Notes: generated by a model from the letters alone, not told the origin. A DNA stretch of 64,000 nucleotides from Planctomycetota bacterium (GCA_044225365.1 JBGAIQ010000025.1:1-64000); one strand, 5' to 3'; numbered from the stretch's first letter, positions 19,163 through 29,431 are shown. Program-made: numbers and translations.

Positions 19163-20130
19163 ACGCTGTGAACGATTTCCGATCGAGCGCGATCGGCCTC
19201 GGATGCTGGGCGATCGGCGGACCGTTCTTCCGCGGGACCGAGCCGCTCGGCTGGGGCGAAGTGGACGACGACGAATCCGTTCGGGCGATCCATCGCGCAC
19301 TCGAACTCGGCGTCACGTTCTTCGACACCTCGGACTTCTACGGCTGCGGTCGTTCCGAGCGCGTGCTGGCGAGCGCGCTTCGCGATCGCCACGACGTCGT
19401 GATCACGACGAAGTTCGGCTATCGCTGCGACGAAGCCACTCGCCAGGTGCTCGGTCACCGCGATCTTCCGAGAGAACTGTCCACGGCTCTCGACGCCAGT
19501 CTCGCGCGACTGCAGCGCGATCACGTCGACCTCTACCTCCTCCATCTTCGCGACTTTCCGCTCGAGCGCGTCGACGACCTCGTCGCCGCCCTCGAGACCG
19601 AAGTCGCGAAGGGACGCATTCGCGGGTACGGCTGGAGCACCGACGATCCGCTGCGCGCACGGGCGATCGCTCGTGGAGAGCACTGCGTCGCGATCGAGCA
19701 AGCGCTCAACGTCTTCCAGGGCGATCGCGATCTCTTGCGTTTCACGCAGGAGCGAGGCCTCCTGTCGATCGCCCGCAGTCCCCTCGCGATGGGATTGCTC
19801 GCGGGCCGCACGACTCGCGCCGGCGCGGACGACATAAGGTCGCGGATCGCGGACTCGAATCCCTCGTGGCGCGCGATTCACGATCGTCTCGAAACACTTC
19901 GAACGGTGCTCACTCGCGACGGGCGCACACTGGCGCAGGGCGCCCTGCTCGCGCTGCTCTCGCGCGGCGAGAACGTGATCCCGATACCGGGATTCCGCTC
20001 CGTCGCGCAGGTCGAGGAGAATGCGGTAGTTCTTCGAATGCCGGCAATGGATCCAAAGGACGTCGCACGGATCGACGAACTCGTCGCCTCGCTCACGCTG
20101 CCGCCCGACCCCCTCACGTTGCGAGGATGA
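19159..20130 (+). CDS. Aldo/keto reductase
   Basis: GLGCWAIGG, FDTSDFYG, TKFG, DLYLLH (D/Y/K/H tetrad), PIPG; GTGA overlap with the kinase stop. Confidence 0.93.
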   Translation: MNAVNDFRSSAIGLGCWAIGGPFFRGTEPLGWGEVDDDESVRAIHRALELGVTFFDTSDFYGCGRSERVLASALRDRHDVVITTKFGYRCDEATRQVLGHRDLPRELSTALDASLARLQRDHVDLYLLHLRDFPLERVDDLVAALETEVAKGRIRGYGWSTDDPLRARAIARGEHCVAIEQALNVFQGDRDLLRFTQERGLLSIARSPLAMGLLAGRTTRAGADDIRSRIADSNPSWRAIHDRLETLRTVLTRDGRTLAQGALLALLSRGENVIPIPGFRSVAQVEENAVVLRMPAMDPKDVARIDELVASLTLPPDPLTLRG

Positions 20131-20137
20131 TCTCACG

Positions 20138-20896
20138 ATGCCCGCTTCCCGAAGAGTTCCTGCATTCGTCCTCGCTCTCTCGATCCTCGGCTGTCGACGA
20201 AACGACTCGAGCGCAACGTCGCACCTCACGATCGCCGCCGCATCCTCGCTCCGCGAGTTGCTCGAGGCGACGGCGCCCGCGTTCGAGACTGCGCACGCGG
20301 GCTGCCATCTCACGTTCTCGTTCGACGCGAGTTCGACGCTCTCGCGGCAGATCGAAGTCGCCGATGGGTTCGCCGCCTTCCTTTCCGCCGATCGCGCCAA
20401 CATCGATCGAATCACTTCGCGCCTCGACGCGACGACGATCACGAGCTTCCTCTCCAACACGCTCGTGATGGTCGCCCGAGCCGACATCCCGGATCCGGTC
20501 GTCGATCCGGCGAAACTGAGCACTTCCTCGGGCAGGATCGCGCTCGCCCTCGAGGCCGTGCCGGCTGGGAAGTACGCGCGGAAGTACCTCGCGAAGCGCG
20601 GCCTCCTGTCCCGACTCTCCGATCGCATCGTCGGCGGCGAAAACGTGCGTTCGACGCTCGCGCTCGTCGAATCGGGTGCAGCCGACTACGGCTTCGTGTA
20701 CCGCACCGATGCCGCGATCGCGAAGCAGGCGAAGATCGTCTTCGTCGTCTCCAAGGACGATGACCCGGGAATCGAATACGTCGCGGCGTGCGTGCAGAAC
20801 GCACCGACGATCGCTGCCGAGTACGTGCGATGGCTTCGCAGCGACGACTTCTCGAAGGCGGCGACCGATCGCGGCTTCCTGCCACCGCCGCGCTGA
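20138..20896 (+). CDS. modA: Molybdate ABC transporter substrate-binding lipoprotein
   Basis: AAASSL, ASSTLSRQI, FLSAD, NTLV, VPAGKYA, ENVRSTL, ADYGFVYRTDA. Confidence 0.9.
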   Translation: MPASRRVPAFVLALSILGCRRNDSSATSHLTIAAASSLRELLEATAPAFETAHAGCHLTFSFDASSTLSRQIEVADGFAAFLSADRANIDRITSRLDATTITSFLSNTLVMVARADIPDPVVDPAKLSTSSGRIALALEAVPAGKYARKYLAKRGLLSRLSDRIVGGENVRSTLALVESGAADYGFVYRTDAAIAKQAKIVFVVSKDDDPGIEYVAACVQNAPTIAAEYVRWLRSDDFSKAATDRGFLPPPR

Positions 20897-20899
20897 CGT

Positions 20900-21964
20900 T
20901 CAGAACGACAACGGAAACCCGAGCAGGTCCGCCGCGAGGCCAAGGCGCCACATCGGCACGAGGCCTTTCACTCGCATCCGCTGACGCCCCTCACGATCGA
21001 CGAGGACGAATGCGGACTCCCGTGGCGGGATGCCGAACGCCGCGCGAAGCGAAGCATCGTCCACGACGCGTCGCCACGGCTTGTCGACGAATCCCTCGAC
21101 CGTTCCCGCGATCACGATCGTCGGCTTTCGTCCGTTCGCCAAGTCCTTGGCGTGCGCGAAGAACGACAGGACCCGAAGGTCGGGATCGTCCGGGGGCGCG
21201 AATCCCGACAACAGCAGGGTGAGGGGAGAACCGGAGAGCAACGGGACGTCCTTCGCACTCGCCTCCTTCGCGAGGAAGCAGATCGCGAGGGGCGGAGCGG
21301 CGTCGCTCCCCAGCAACGAGGCGAGATCGGGCCCGGGAGGTGTCGCGAGGCTCGCTTCGGACGGCGCACCCAGGAGCTTCGTGACGAGGGAGATCTCCGA
21401 TTCCCCGGGTTCAGAGACGATACGAACCACTTCTCGCGACGGCGAGACGAGGACGACCGCGACTCGACCCTTCGGCAGTTCGAGGGCGTTGCCGAGCGCG
21501 CGCCCGAAATCGAGATAGAAGCGCATCGGGAACTCGCCTCGCGACTTCGCCATGAGCGCGATCGGCGGTTTTCGCAGCCATTCGGGCATCGCGGGCGACG
21601 AGACGATTCCGACGACTCCGGCATTCCACGGGCGATCCACCGGTGAATCGATGCATTCGCCGAGGGCCGAGACCCACCGTAGAGCCGCCGGGTCGGTGAA
21701 CGAGTTCGGGTCGCAACACAATAGGATCATCCCCCGGCCCGAGCGCACCGCGTCTTCGACGTCGAGCGCCGGCAGGTCGCCCTGCGCCGGGATCTTCAGG
21801 AGCGAGAGTTGAAAGGCGTCCGGCAGCGGGGGCAGTGCCGACGGGACGACATCGCGCGGCGCGAAGACCGTGGCGCGCATGAGCCAGATTCCAGCGCAGA
21901 GGAGGAGGACCGCCGCGAGCAGTGCGCCGCATCCGATGCGCTTCATCGCTCGCGCGATCTTCAT
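20900..21964 (-). CDS. Hypothetical membrane-anchored protein, possibly two degenerate thioredoxin-like modules
   Basis: N-terminal TM; two segments resembling a redoxin C-terminal half (ALELPKGRVAVVLVSPSREV; AFGIPPRESAFVLVDREGR); 11 bp downstream of pbpC. Confidence 0.6.
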   Translation of the reverse strand: MKIARAMKRIGCGALLAAVLLLCAGIWLMRATVFAPRDVVPSALPPLPDAFQLSLLKIPAQGDLPALDVEDAVRSGRGMILLCCDPNSFTDPAALRWVSALGECIDSPVDRPWNAGVVGIVSSPAMPEWLRKPPIALMAKSRGEFPMRFYLDFGRALGNALELPKGRVAVVLVSPSREVVRIVSEPGESEISLVTKLLGAPSEASLATPPGPDLASLLGSDAAPPLAICFLAKEASAKDVPLLSGSPLTLLLSGFAPPDDPDLRVLSFFAHAKDLANGRKPTIVIAGTVEGFVDKPWRRVVDDASLRAAFGIPPRESAFVLVDREGRQRMRVKGLVPMWRLGLAADLLGFPLSF

Positions 21965-21975
21965 GCATCTCCGTT

Positions 21976-23712
21976 TCAGTAATCGGACGGATCGAGCGTG
22001 GCGACGATTCGCGCGAAGAGAGGGGCCGCGACCTTCACGCCCACGAGTTCGACGCCATGGCGCGCCGCGCGGCCATCGAGATTACCGAGCCAGACCGCGA
22101 TCGCGAAACGCGGCGTGACGCCGACGCACCACGCATCGCGCCGGCCGCTCGACGTGCCGGTCTTCCAAGACACTCGACCCTCGCCCACGATTGCGTAATC
22201 GCTCGGCGCTCCCGGCAGCGGGTGCCCGGTCGCGAGGATCGACAGGATCTTCGCGCGCGAGGTCGCGTCCGCCTCCGCGACGGCGAAGCCGGGATCGGAG
22301 AAACGCCGCCAGGCCTCGGCGAGTTCGCGCGGTGAGAACGCCGAGCTGCCGAGCGCCGCGTCGAGCGTCAGCTTGGACTGTCGCACCGGCAAGCCGAGCG
22401 ACCGCAACATCGACCGGAAGCGCGGCAGACCGAGGCGCGACAGCATCTCGACCGCGGGGAGATTTCGCGACTGCACGAGCGCTTCCTTCAGTGGCAAGGA
22501 GCCTTGGAACGAGCCGTCGAAGTTCCAGGGCTCGTAGTCGCCGAATGCCTTGGCCCGATCCATCACGAGGGAGTCCGGACCGGCGATCCCGTTCGCGATC
22601 GCGGCCCCGTAGAGGAAGGGCTTCAGAGTGCTTCCGACATCGCGGCGCTGCAGCGAGACGTCGACGCGCGAATAGTTCCAGTCGCGTCCACCGACGACGA
22701 CTCGCGGCGCTCCATCGCGACGATCGAGCACGACGACGGCGGCGCCATCCACCGGCGTCGTGTCGGCCCGCACGATCGCCTCGACTCGCTCCTGCATCTC
22801 GGCATCGAGCGTCGTCCGCAACTCTCCGCCCTTGTTCTTCGTGCTCAACCCATGACGCAACGCTCCGTCGCAGAAATGGGTCGCGAGGAAGGGCCAATCG
22901 TGATGCATCGCCGTCACGGGCTTCGCCACGAGGGCGGCCCGATCGGCCGGAGCGAGATCGCCTCGCTCGCACATCCGATCGAGCACTCGATCGCGAGCGA
23001 TGCGCAGCGCCCCGAGGCCGCCCCCTTCCGAGCCCGTGGAGGACGAAGGGTTCGCCCTCGGAGGCGCGCGCTTCGAGGGTGCGGGTAACAGAGCGACCAG
23101 CGTCGCGGCTTCGTCGATCGCGAGTTCACTCGCGTGTTTCCCGTACCAGAAACGGGCCGCCGCCTCGAAGCCGCGAATGCCCGACCCGAGAGGCGCGAGA
23201 TTCAGGTAGTGCTCGAGGATCTGGTCCTTGGTCAAAGCTCGTTCGAGCTGACGCGCGCGAAACGCCTCGATCACCTTCGCCATCCAGGTGCGAGGACGTG
23301 GCTCGACGATTCGCACGAGCTGCGAGGTCAATGTGGACGCACCCGAGACGACGCGACGCGCGCGCAGATTGTCGAACGCGGCCCGCCCGATCGCGAAGAA
23401 GTCGACGCCGGAGTGTTCAGCGAACCTCCCGTCCTCGCCCGCGAGCAACGCTTTCACCAGGTTCGGCGAGAATGCGTCGAGGGGCATCGCGATGCGCCGC
23501 TCGCCATTCTCCGCGGAGATTCGAAGCTCCGTACCGTCGCGCGCCACGACTCGAATCGACTCTGGAAACGAGTCGAACCGATCGAGCGGGAACGGGCACG
23601 TCGTCCCGATCGCGCGCTCGGTCGCGACGAGTGCCAGGAAGAAGAGCACGCCGGCGACGACGACGCCGAACGCGATCGAGAGTTTGAGGAATCGACGTGC
23701 ACCCAGCTTCAT
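21976..23712 (-). CDS. pbpC: Penicillin-binding protein 1C (transglycosylase/transpeptidase)
   Basis: EDGRF..HSGVD and GASTLTSQL; STLK, SRN and KTGTS motifs; coupled to an alpha-2-macroglobulin gene. Confidence 0.9.
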   Translation of the reverse strand: MKLGARRFLKLSIAFGVVVAGVLFFLALVATERAIGTTCPFPLDRFDSFPESIRVVARDGTELRISAENGERRIAMPLDAFSPNLVKALLAGEDGRFAEHSGVDFFAIGRAAFDNLRARRVVSGASTLTSQLVRIVEPRPRTWMAKVIEAFRARQLERALTKDQILEHYLNLAPLGSGIRGFEAAARFWYGKHASELAIDEAATLVALLPAPSKRAPPRANPSSSTGSEGGGLGALRIARDRVLDRMCERGDLAPADRAALVAKPVTAMHHDWPFLATHFCDGALRHGLSTKNKGGELRTTLDAEMQERVEAIVRADTTPVDGAAVVVLDRRDGAPRVVVGGRDWNYSRVDVSLQRRDVGSTLKPFLYGAAIANGIAGPDSLVMDRAKAFGDYEPWNFDGSFQGSLPLKEALVQSRNLPAVEMLSRLGLPRFRSMLRSLGLPVRQSKLTLDAALGSSAFSPRELAEAWRRFSDPGFAVAEADATSRAKILSILATGHPLPGAPSDYAIVGEGRVSWKTGTSSGRRDAWCVGVTPRFAIAVWLGNLDGRAARHGVELVGVKVAAPLFARIVATLDPSDY

Positions 23713-26700
23713 CGCACCACCAATTCGGAGAGCGCGCTCGACGACCAAGCGACGATTCCGGGACGATACAAAGCCTCGCAGCGAGCCGGAGGGATTTCAT
23801 ACGCTCCGCGGAACGTCGCACGGATCGGGTACCGCAGCTCGAAGTCCCCCGCGGGGAGGTGATCGACGAAGAAGAAAGCGCCTCCGTCGCGGATCTCGAC
23901 ACGGTCGGTCGCGATCCCGCTCACGCGATTCTCGCCTTCGCAACCGGCGGCGATCGAGTCGATGATGGCCACACCATCGACGTCGCGTTCGGCGTGTCCG
24001 CGCAGAACCACTTCGTAGAGTCGGCCGCGTTCGATCGCCGCACCCGGCAGGATCGGCAAGTCGTCGGGAACATTGTGGATCGTGCGGCGGATCGTGAGAT
24101 CCGCGGACGCAGACTTCGACGGCGGGGCACGCCGCCCCACCACCTCGAAGACGCCGAACACCGGGCCATCCGCCCCCACCACGATCGACTCACCGCCGCG
24201 CAGAGTCGCCGTCCAGTCGAGCGATTCTCCCCCGGGGCCGTTCGACAGAGAGCGCTCGATGCGATTCCCACCCACCGTGATCGTCAAGTTCACCCGCAAG
24301 TCCTTGGACTGCGGAAGACCGAAGGCCGCGAAGTACGTGCGCAGCGCGAGCAGGCCGTGAGCCATCTCGTACGTCGTGAGCTGCTTCGGGTCCTCGAGAC
24401 GGGGGAGGAGTCGCGCGGCGATGGCGTCGACGTGGGAATCCTTGGGATCGACGACGAGCCAGGTGCGCAGTTCGAGAGCAGAAGAGACGAATGCCGAGCC
24501 CAAGGATCCCAATGAATCGCCCAGTGAATTCGATGATCTGTCGTTCACGATCGAGGGCTCACCCGCCGCCGGCGCTGGAGAAGCCACCGCGCCGAGCGAG
24601 CCGAGCAATAGGGCCCGTGCGCGTTCGCGCTCGCCCGCTCGCGCGAGCGCAAGAGCCGCGCGGATCCGGGCATTGCGGACCTTGCTGCGCGCGGCGCGCT
24701 CGATCGCTGGCCGCGATGGAATGCCTGCTCGCCCAGCGAGGTCGGCCGCCGTCGCGGCGATGAGCGGATCCTCGCTGTTCGCGAACTCTCGAGCGGCATG
24801 CGCGGCGGCACGCTTCAACGCGCCCTCGGGTACGGGGAACCCGCGATCGGAGAGTTCGAGCATCGCTTCGAGTGCGTGCAGCGTCGGAAGCGGGTACTCC
24901 TCTGCGGAATCGCGCCAGAAGCTGAATCCACCGGCTGCGGTCTGCGCCGAGAAGATCTTCTGGAGTCCGACGTGGACGAACGCGTCGAGTGCGACCCGCT
25001 CCTTGCCTTCGTCGCCGTCGCCGACCAGGGTCATGTGGGCCGCTCCGATCCTCGCGAGGAGTTGCGACGAGACCTGCTCCGTGCATCCGTACGGGTAATC
25101 GAGGAGCTCTCGCTCCGCGGCGGCGAGTCGCGATTCCTGATGTCCGTCGAGGACGAGGCGAACACGGACGTTCCCTTCGAACGAAGGATCGACCGTCAAC
25201 GTGCGCTCGGAATCCGAGCCGAAGGCGATGGCCTCACGCGAAGTCGTGATAGGACGCTGCGGCGCGATCGAGAACGCCGCGACGACCGTGCGTTCGAAAG
25301 CGCCGAGCTTGCCCTGCACGCGCACTTCGCCACGCGAAAGGGCGACCCTCGCATCGCTCGTCTCCTGATCGTCGACGAGCACGGGAACGTACAACGTGCG
25401 TTCCTCTCCGATCGCGAGCGGCACGCGGATCGTCGGGCCGGAACCCGAGAGCGCGAGATTCTCGCCGCAGGCGATGTCGAGCGTCAGATCGCCCGCGACA
25501 CCTGTCGAGTTGCGCACCGTGACGGGTACTTCGAAGCGATCGCCGCGACGCACCACGTGGGGCGTCGACATCGCGATCGAGAGCGGCGCCTTCACGATCG
25601 TCTCGGCGAAATCGCAGCCGAATCGCTGCGCGCCGCTGGCGATCGCAATGAGCGCGAGGCGCCCTTCGTAATCACGCGCCGCCCCGAGATCGAGCTGTAC
25701 CGTGGCTTCACCATTCGCGTCGAGATCGACTCGGCGCATGAGCACGACGCTGCGCTGGTCGACGCCTGTCGCTTCGATCCGTCCCGCCGCGATCGAATCG
25801 AAATCGCCGTCACCGCCGGGGGCGCTCACGTCGAAGATCGCACCGTGGCGCAGCGCCAGCGCGGAGTCGGCGCCTCGCGAGTCGAGGCGCCGCTTCGCGA
25901 GGAAGAACTCGCGCGGATCGGCCGCCGGCGAGGCTGCGCCGAACAAGGCCCCGCGGTCGACCGCGAGCACGACGCATTCACTGCCCGGTCCGAACCGCGT
26001 CGCGTGGACCTTCGCCTCGAGCATCGAACCTGGTTCGACCGCGCGCGGGGCCTCGAGCGTGAGGGCGCCGACGTGTTCCGCACAATCGATCTCGATCACC
26101 GTCGAGCAGGAGAATAGGGACGCGCGATCGGCGTCCTCCGGCGAACCGCCCATCTCCTTCTGCGGTCGCGCCAGCGTCGCGATCACGTAGGCCGAGGGCG
26201 GCAGCCCGTTCCTCGGCAGATCGATGGCGACCTGGTTCTTCCCGGCCTCCAGCACCGCGCGAGTCGCCGCGTGGATTCCTCCGCCTTCGACCGTGATGAG
26301 CGCAACGCCCTTCATCGGGGAGTCGATCTCGAGCGGAATGCGGTCGCCCGGAGCGAAGCGATCACCGAGGGCGGTGAGGACCAGTTCGTCGGGACGCGGG
26401 GCGGACGACGTGACAGGGACGTCGACGCGACGGTCCTGCGAGCCGACCGAGATGAAGAGGGACCCGTAACCGGGGTCGCCGATCACGCCGAGTTGCGCGG
26501 CGTCGACGTGCGCTGCGCCGTTTCGAATGGTCACGTCGACCTTCTTCACGACGCTTCTCGTCTCCACGTATCGCTCGGACCGTGGACGAACATGCACCCG
26601 ACCGCGCCTCCCCATCGACGCGCCGATCTCGAGAGGAACGCCTCCGGTCCATTCGTACGAGCGCCGCACGAGTTCGACCACGACCGTGAGTTCGCTACGG

Positions 26701-29282
26701 TATGGAGACAAAGACGCGGACGACCCGCCCACGAGCGCGACGAGGTCGAGGCCATCTTTCGTCCAGCGCGCCCCGATGCGGTAGTCCTTCGGCAGTACTT
26801 CTCCTTCCAGCGAGCGTGTGACGACGCGTCCGCCCGGATCCTCCACCTCGATCGTCGCGAGCGCGCGCAGGAATTGCCCCTTCGTCTCCGGCGATGCAGG
26901 CGACAACGGCGGCACGTCGAACTCGACGCGCGCGTGGCCGGCTTCGTCGAGCGCCGTGGTGATCGAGGGCAATGCTCCGTGTCGCGGATCGGCGAGGTCC
27001 GCCGACTCGAACACACCGCCGAACTCGAATCCGCTCTCGTCGACGAACGACTGCGGCGAGAGATGCACGCTGACCGTGGCTCGCGCGGAGACGAGCGGAG
27101 CACCCGACAACCAATGAGCATCGATCTCGATCGCGCCACGCGATCCGAACGCGAGCGCTTCCTCGAACTTCGCGGCGACCTCGATGCGCGGCGGAGTGAC
27201 CGTCGCGACGCGGAACGAAGTGCCGCCGATCGACTGCTCGGTCGCAGCATCCTGAACGTCGACTCGCCAGTATCCGAGCGGATCGCTCGGATCCGTCGCC
27301 ACGTCGAACACGAGGATGCCGCCCGCGCTCGGGTCGAGTCGTTGATCGCCGCGCACGCGCTGCGCCGGGTCGTACCACTTCACGCGCAGAGGCCGCCGCG
27401 ACGCCGCGAGGGTGTCGTCCCGCACCAGGGCGACGACGTGTGCAGACTCGCCCGGACGCACGATCCCGCGATCGGTCGCGACGAACGCCTCGAGCTGGCC
27501 CTTGCGAAGGTAGTCGCGCTCGGCGGCGTCGGCAGCGAAGACCGACCCATTCGCGCAAGGATCGACCTCGAAGTGCGAGAGATCGACGAATGCCGTGTCC
27601 TCGTCCTTCCTGGCGACGACGCAGAACGGCGTCTCGTCGCCCACGAAGGCGAGCATCGCGAATCCTCGCTCGTCGGTCACTCCCTGCGCCAGGCGTTGAT
27701 TCGTCTTCGACAACAATTCGACCGATGCGCCGCTCGTGGGCGCGCCGCTCGCGAGCGACGCCACATGGACGAGCGCGGACTCGCGCGTCGCACGGAACGC
27801 GATTCGCAGATCCGTGATCGCGATGAGCTCCCGCTGCACGCGCCACTCCTGCTCGCGATCGAACACTTCGACGAGGAACATCCCGCGCGGCGGTTTACCG
27901 AGCATCTCGCGGAGATCGACTCGTTGCTCGAAGCGGGTGTTTCGCGCGGCCGAGATCGGAAAGGTGCGTTCGACGAATCCGCCGCTGAATGCGGGATCCG
28001 GGTCGCTGTCGGCCGAAGAACGCTGCTGGCGGAGGAAATGGAGGGCGTTGTTGTCGTAGACCTGCTTCGCTCGCACCACGACCGTCTCGACGTTCATCCC
28101 GAAGACCGCGATCTCGGGGCGCGCCAGCGACGACAGCACGATCCCGTCGTCGACGAAGCCGACCGTCGGCTCGGAATCCGCGATGCGCACCGGCAGAAGC
28201 AGCGCCTTCTCGAGACGCGCGAGTCCCTTGCCCGGGAATCCCGCAGCCAGCGTGACCGTGTAGGTCTCGCCAGGTTCGAATTGGCCGGTCAGCCGCACAC
28301 CGGAGAGCCCGATGCGGAAAAGCGAGAAGTCGACTCTCGGTTCGAGCGTGATCCACGGAGCATCGGGATCGACGATCTGCCGATCGAACATCACGTCGAT
28401 GCGATCGCTCGTGCCCGCCACCGACTCGATTCCGAGCGGAGCGACGAGATCGACACGCCATTCGTTTTCGGTCGACTCGAGAGGCACGTCGCCCTCTCGC
28501 GCACGCAATGTGTCGGCGATCGCAACCCGGACTACGTTGGGCGCCCCATCGCCAAGACGAATCTCGAATCCCGAGACGATGCCGATCGCATCGCGATCAC
28601 CTACTTCGTCCCCGCCTTCGGTGGCGTCGACGACGAGGTCGCGGACCTCACGGGTGAGTTCCTTGCCCGCCTCGTCCCGCACGAGGAGCGCGCGATCGAG
28701 AGCGGCGAGATCCAGCCTCATGTCGAATCCGACGAAGAACCGGCGCACGCTCGCATCCTGCTCGAGCGCGGCGACGGCCGCGACCCGCGGTCCCGCAGTC
28801 GCGAATTCGCTCGTCGTTCCCGTCTCGACGAGGCCGAATTCGGTCCGTAGGTCGCGCTTCACGACCAGCTTGAAACGACGTGCACGCGGCAGAGGGTTCT
28901 CGAGGACGAGCGTGATGCGATCGAAAGGATGCGCCGTGTCCGTCGCGACGCTCGCCTTGCGCAGGGCGAACGGATTCGCAACGGGATCCGCCTTTGCGTT
29001 GGCGGAGACGAGGTCGAACGCGGAAGCGTCGAGCGCTTCGAACGTGCTGGCCTCGAGCTTCGTCGCGAAGTCGATCACGATGCGTTCGCGCGAGGCGTCG
29101 TTCGGATCGCGTTCGACGCGCGTTCGCATCGCCGACGGCCGAAGGCGAAGGAGATCGACGCCGCAGGGATCGGGACCGGTCACGGTCGATCGTCCGGCGA
29201 GGAAGCAGAGGAGTCCGAGAGCAATGAAACGAAACGACGAAGGAGTCGCCGCGAGCCGCGCGGCGAACGAGGAGAGGCGCAT
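23709..29282 (-). CDS. Bacterial alpha-2-macroglobulin
   Basis: TDRGIVRPGE (MG2), thioester YPYGCTEQ, GGFSFW, C-terminal PPARCEALYRP; ~1857 aa. Confidence 0.93.
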   Translation of the reverse strand: MRLSSFAARLAATPSSFRFIALGLLCFLAGRSTVTGPDPCGVDLLRLRPSAMRTRVERDPNDASRERIVIDFATKLEASTFEALDASAFDLVSANAKADPVANPFALRKASVATDTAHPFDRITLVLENPLPRARRFKLVVKRDLRTEFGLVETGTTSEFATAGPRVAAVAALEQDASVRRFFVGFDMRLDLAALDRALLVRDEAGKELTREVRDLVVDATEGGDEVGDRDAIGIVSGFEIRLGDGAPNVVRVAIADTLRAREGDVPLESTENEWRVDLVAPLGIESVAGTSDRIDVMFDRQIVDPDAPWITLEPRVDFSLFRIGLSGVRLTGQFEPGETYTVTLAAGFPGKGLARLEKALLLPVRIADSEPTVGFVDDGIVLSSLARPEIAVFGMNVETVVVRAKQVYDNNALHFLRQQRSSADSDPDPAFSGGFVERTFPISAARNTRFEQRVDLREMLGKPPRGMFLVEVFDREQEWRVQRELIAITDLRIAFRATRESALVHVASLASGAPTSGASVELLSKTNQRLAQGVTDERGFAMLAFVGDETPFCVVARKDEDTAFVDLSHFEVDPCANGSVFAADAAERDYLRKGQLEAFVATDRGIVRPGESAHVVALVRDDTLAASRRPLRVKWYDPAQRVRGDQRLDPSAGGILVFDVATDPSDPLGYWRVDVQDAATEQSIGGTSFRVATVTPPRIEVAAKFEEALAFGSRGAIEIDAHWLSGAPLVSARATVSVHLSPQSFVDESGFEFGGVFESADLADPRHGALPSITTALDEAGHARVEFDVPPLSPASPETKGQFLRALATIEVEDPGGRVVTRSLEGEVLPKDYRIGARWTKDGLDLVALVGGSSASLSPYRSELTVVVELVRRSYEWTGGVPLEIGASMGRRGRVHVRPRSERYVETRSVVKKVDVTIRNGAAHVDAAQLGVIGDPGYGSLFISVGSQDRRVDVPVTSSAPRPDELVLTALGDRFAPGDRIPLEIDSPMKGVALITVEGGGIHAATRAVLEAGKNQVAIDLPRNGLPPSAYVIATLARPQKEMGGSPEDADRASLFSCSTVIEIDCAEHVGALTLEAPRAVEPGSMLEAKVHATRFGPGSECVVLAVDRGALFGAASPAADPREFFLAKRRLDSRGADSALALRHGAIFDVSAPGGDGDFDSIAAGRIEATGVDQRSVVLMRRVDLDANGEATVQLDLGAARDYEGRLALIAIASGAQRFGCDFAETIVKAPLSIAMSTPHVVRRGDRFEVPVTVRNSTGVAGDLTLDIACGENLALSGSGPTIRVPLAIGEERTLYVPVLVDDQETSDARVALSRGEVRVQGKLGAFERTVVAAFSIAPQRPITTSREAIAFGSDSERTLTVDPSFEGNVRVRLVLDGHQESRLAAAERELLDYPYGCTEQVSSQLLARIGAAHMTLVGDGDEGKERVALDAFVHVGLQKIFSAQTAAGGFSFWRDSAEEYPLPTLHALEAMLELSDRGFPVPEGALKRAAAHAAREFANSEDPLIAATAADLAGRAGIPSRPAIERAARSKVRNARIRAALALARAGERERARALLLGSLGAVASPAPAAGEPSIVNDRSSNSLGDSLGSLGSAFVSSALELRTWLVVDPKDSHVDAIAARLLPRLEDPKQLTTYEMAHGLLALRTYFAAFGLPQSKDLRVNLTITVGGNRIERSLSNGPGGESLDWTATLRGGESIVVGADGPVFGVFEVVGRRAPPSKSASADLTIRRTIHNVPDDLPILPGAAIERGRLYEVVLRGHAERDVDGVAIIDSIAAGCEGENRVSGIATDRVEIRDGGAFFFVDHLPAGDFELRYPIRATFRGAYEIPPARCEALYRPGIVAWSSSALSELVVR

Positions 29283-29390
29283 GGGGTTCCCGTGGGAGGA
29301 GCGCGACACGCCGGGGCCGCACCAGCGTCCGGAGGGAAACGGACGTGGGGCGGGAATGCCGAGAGTGTCGTGGAGCCAACCGCTGCGACG

Positions 29391-29431
29391 AGTGTAGGCG
29401 CTCCTCGACTCTGTCAACATGCTGTCAACAT
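29391..29431 (-). promoter_or_regulatory. CTGTCAACAT direct repeat (two copies, 11-bp period) overlapping a possible TTGACA-N15-TACACT promoter for the a2m-pbpC operon
   Basis: CTGTCAACAT at 29411 and 29422; AGTGTA at 29391-29396. The 15-bp spacer is suboptimal. Confidence 0.4.
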
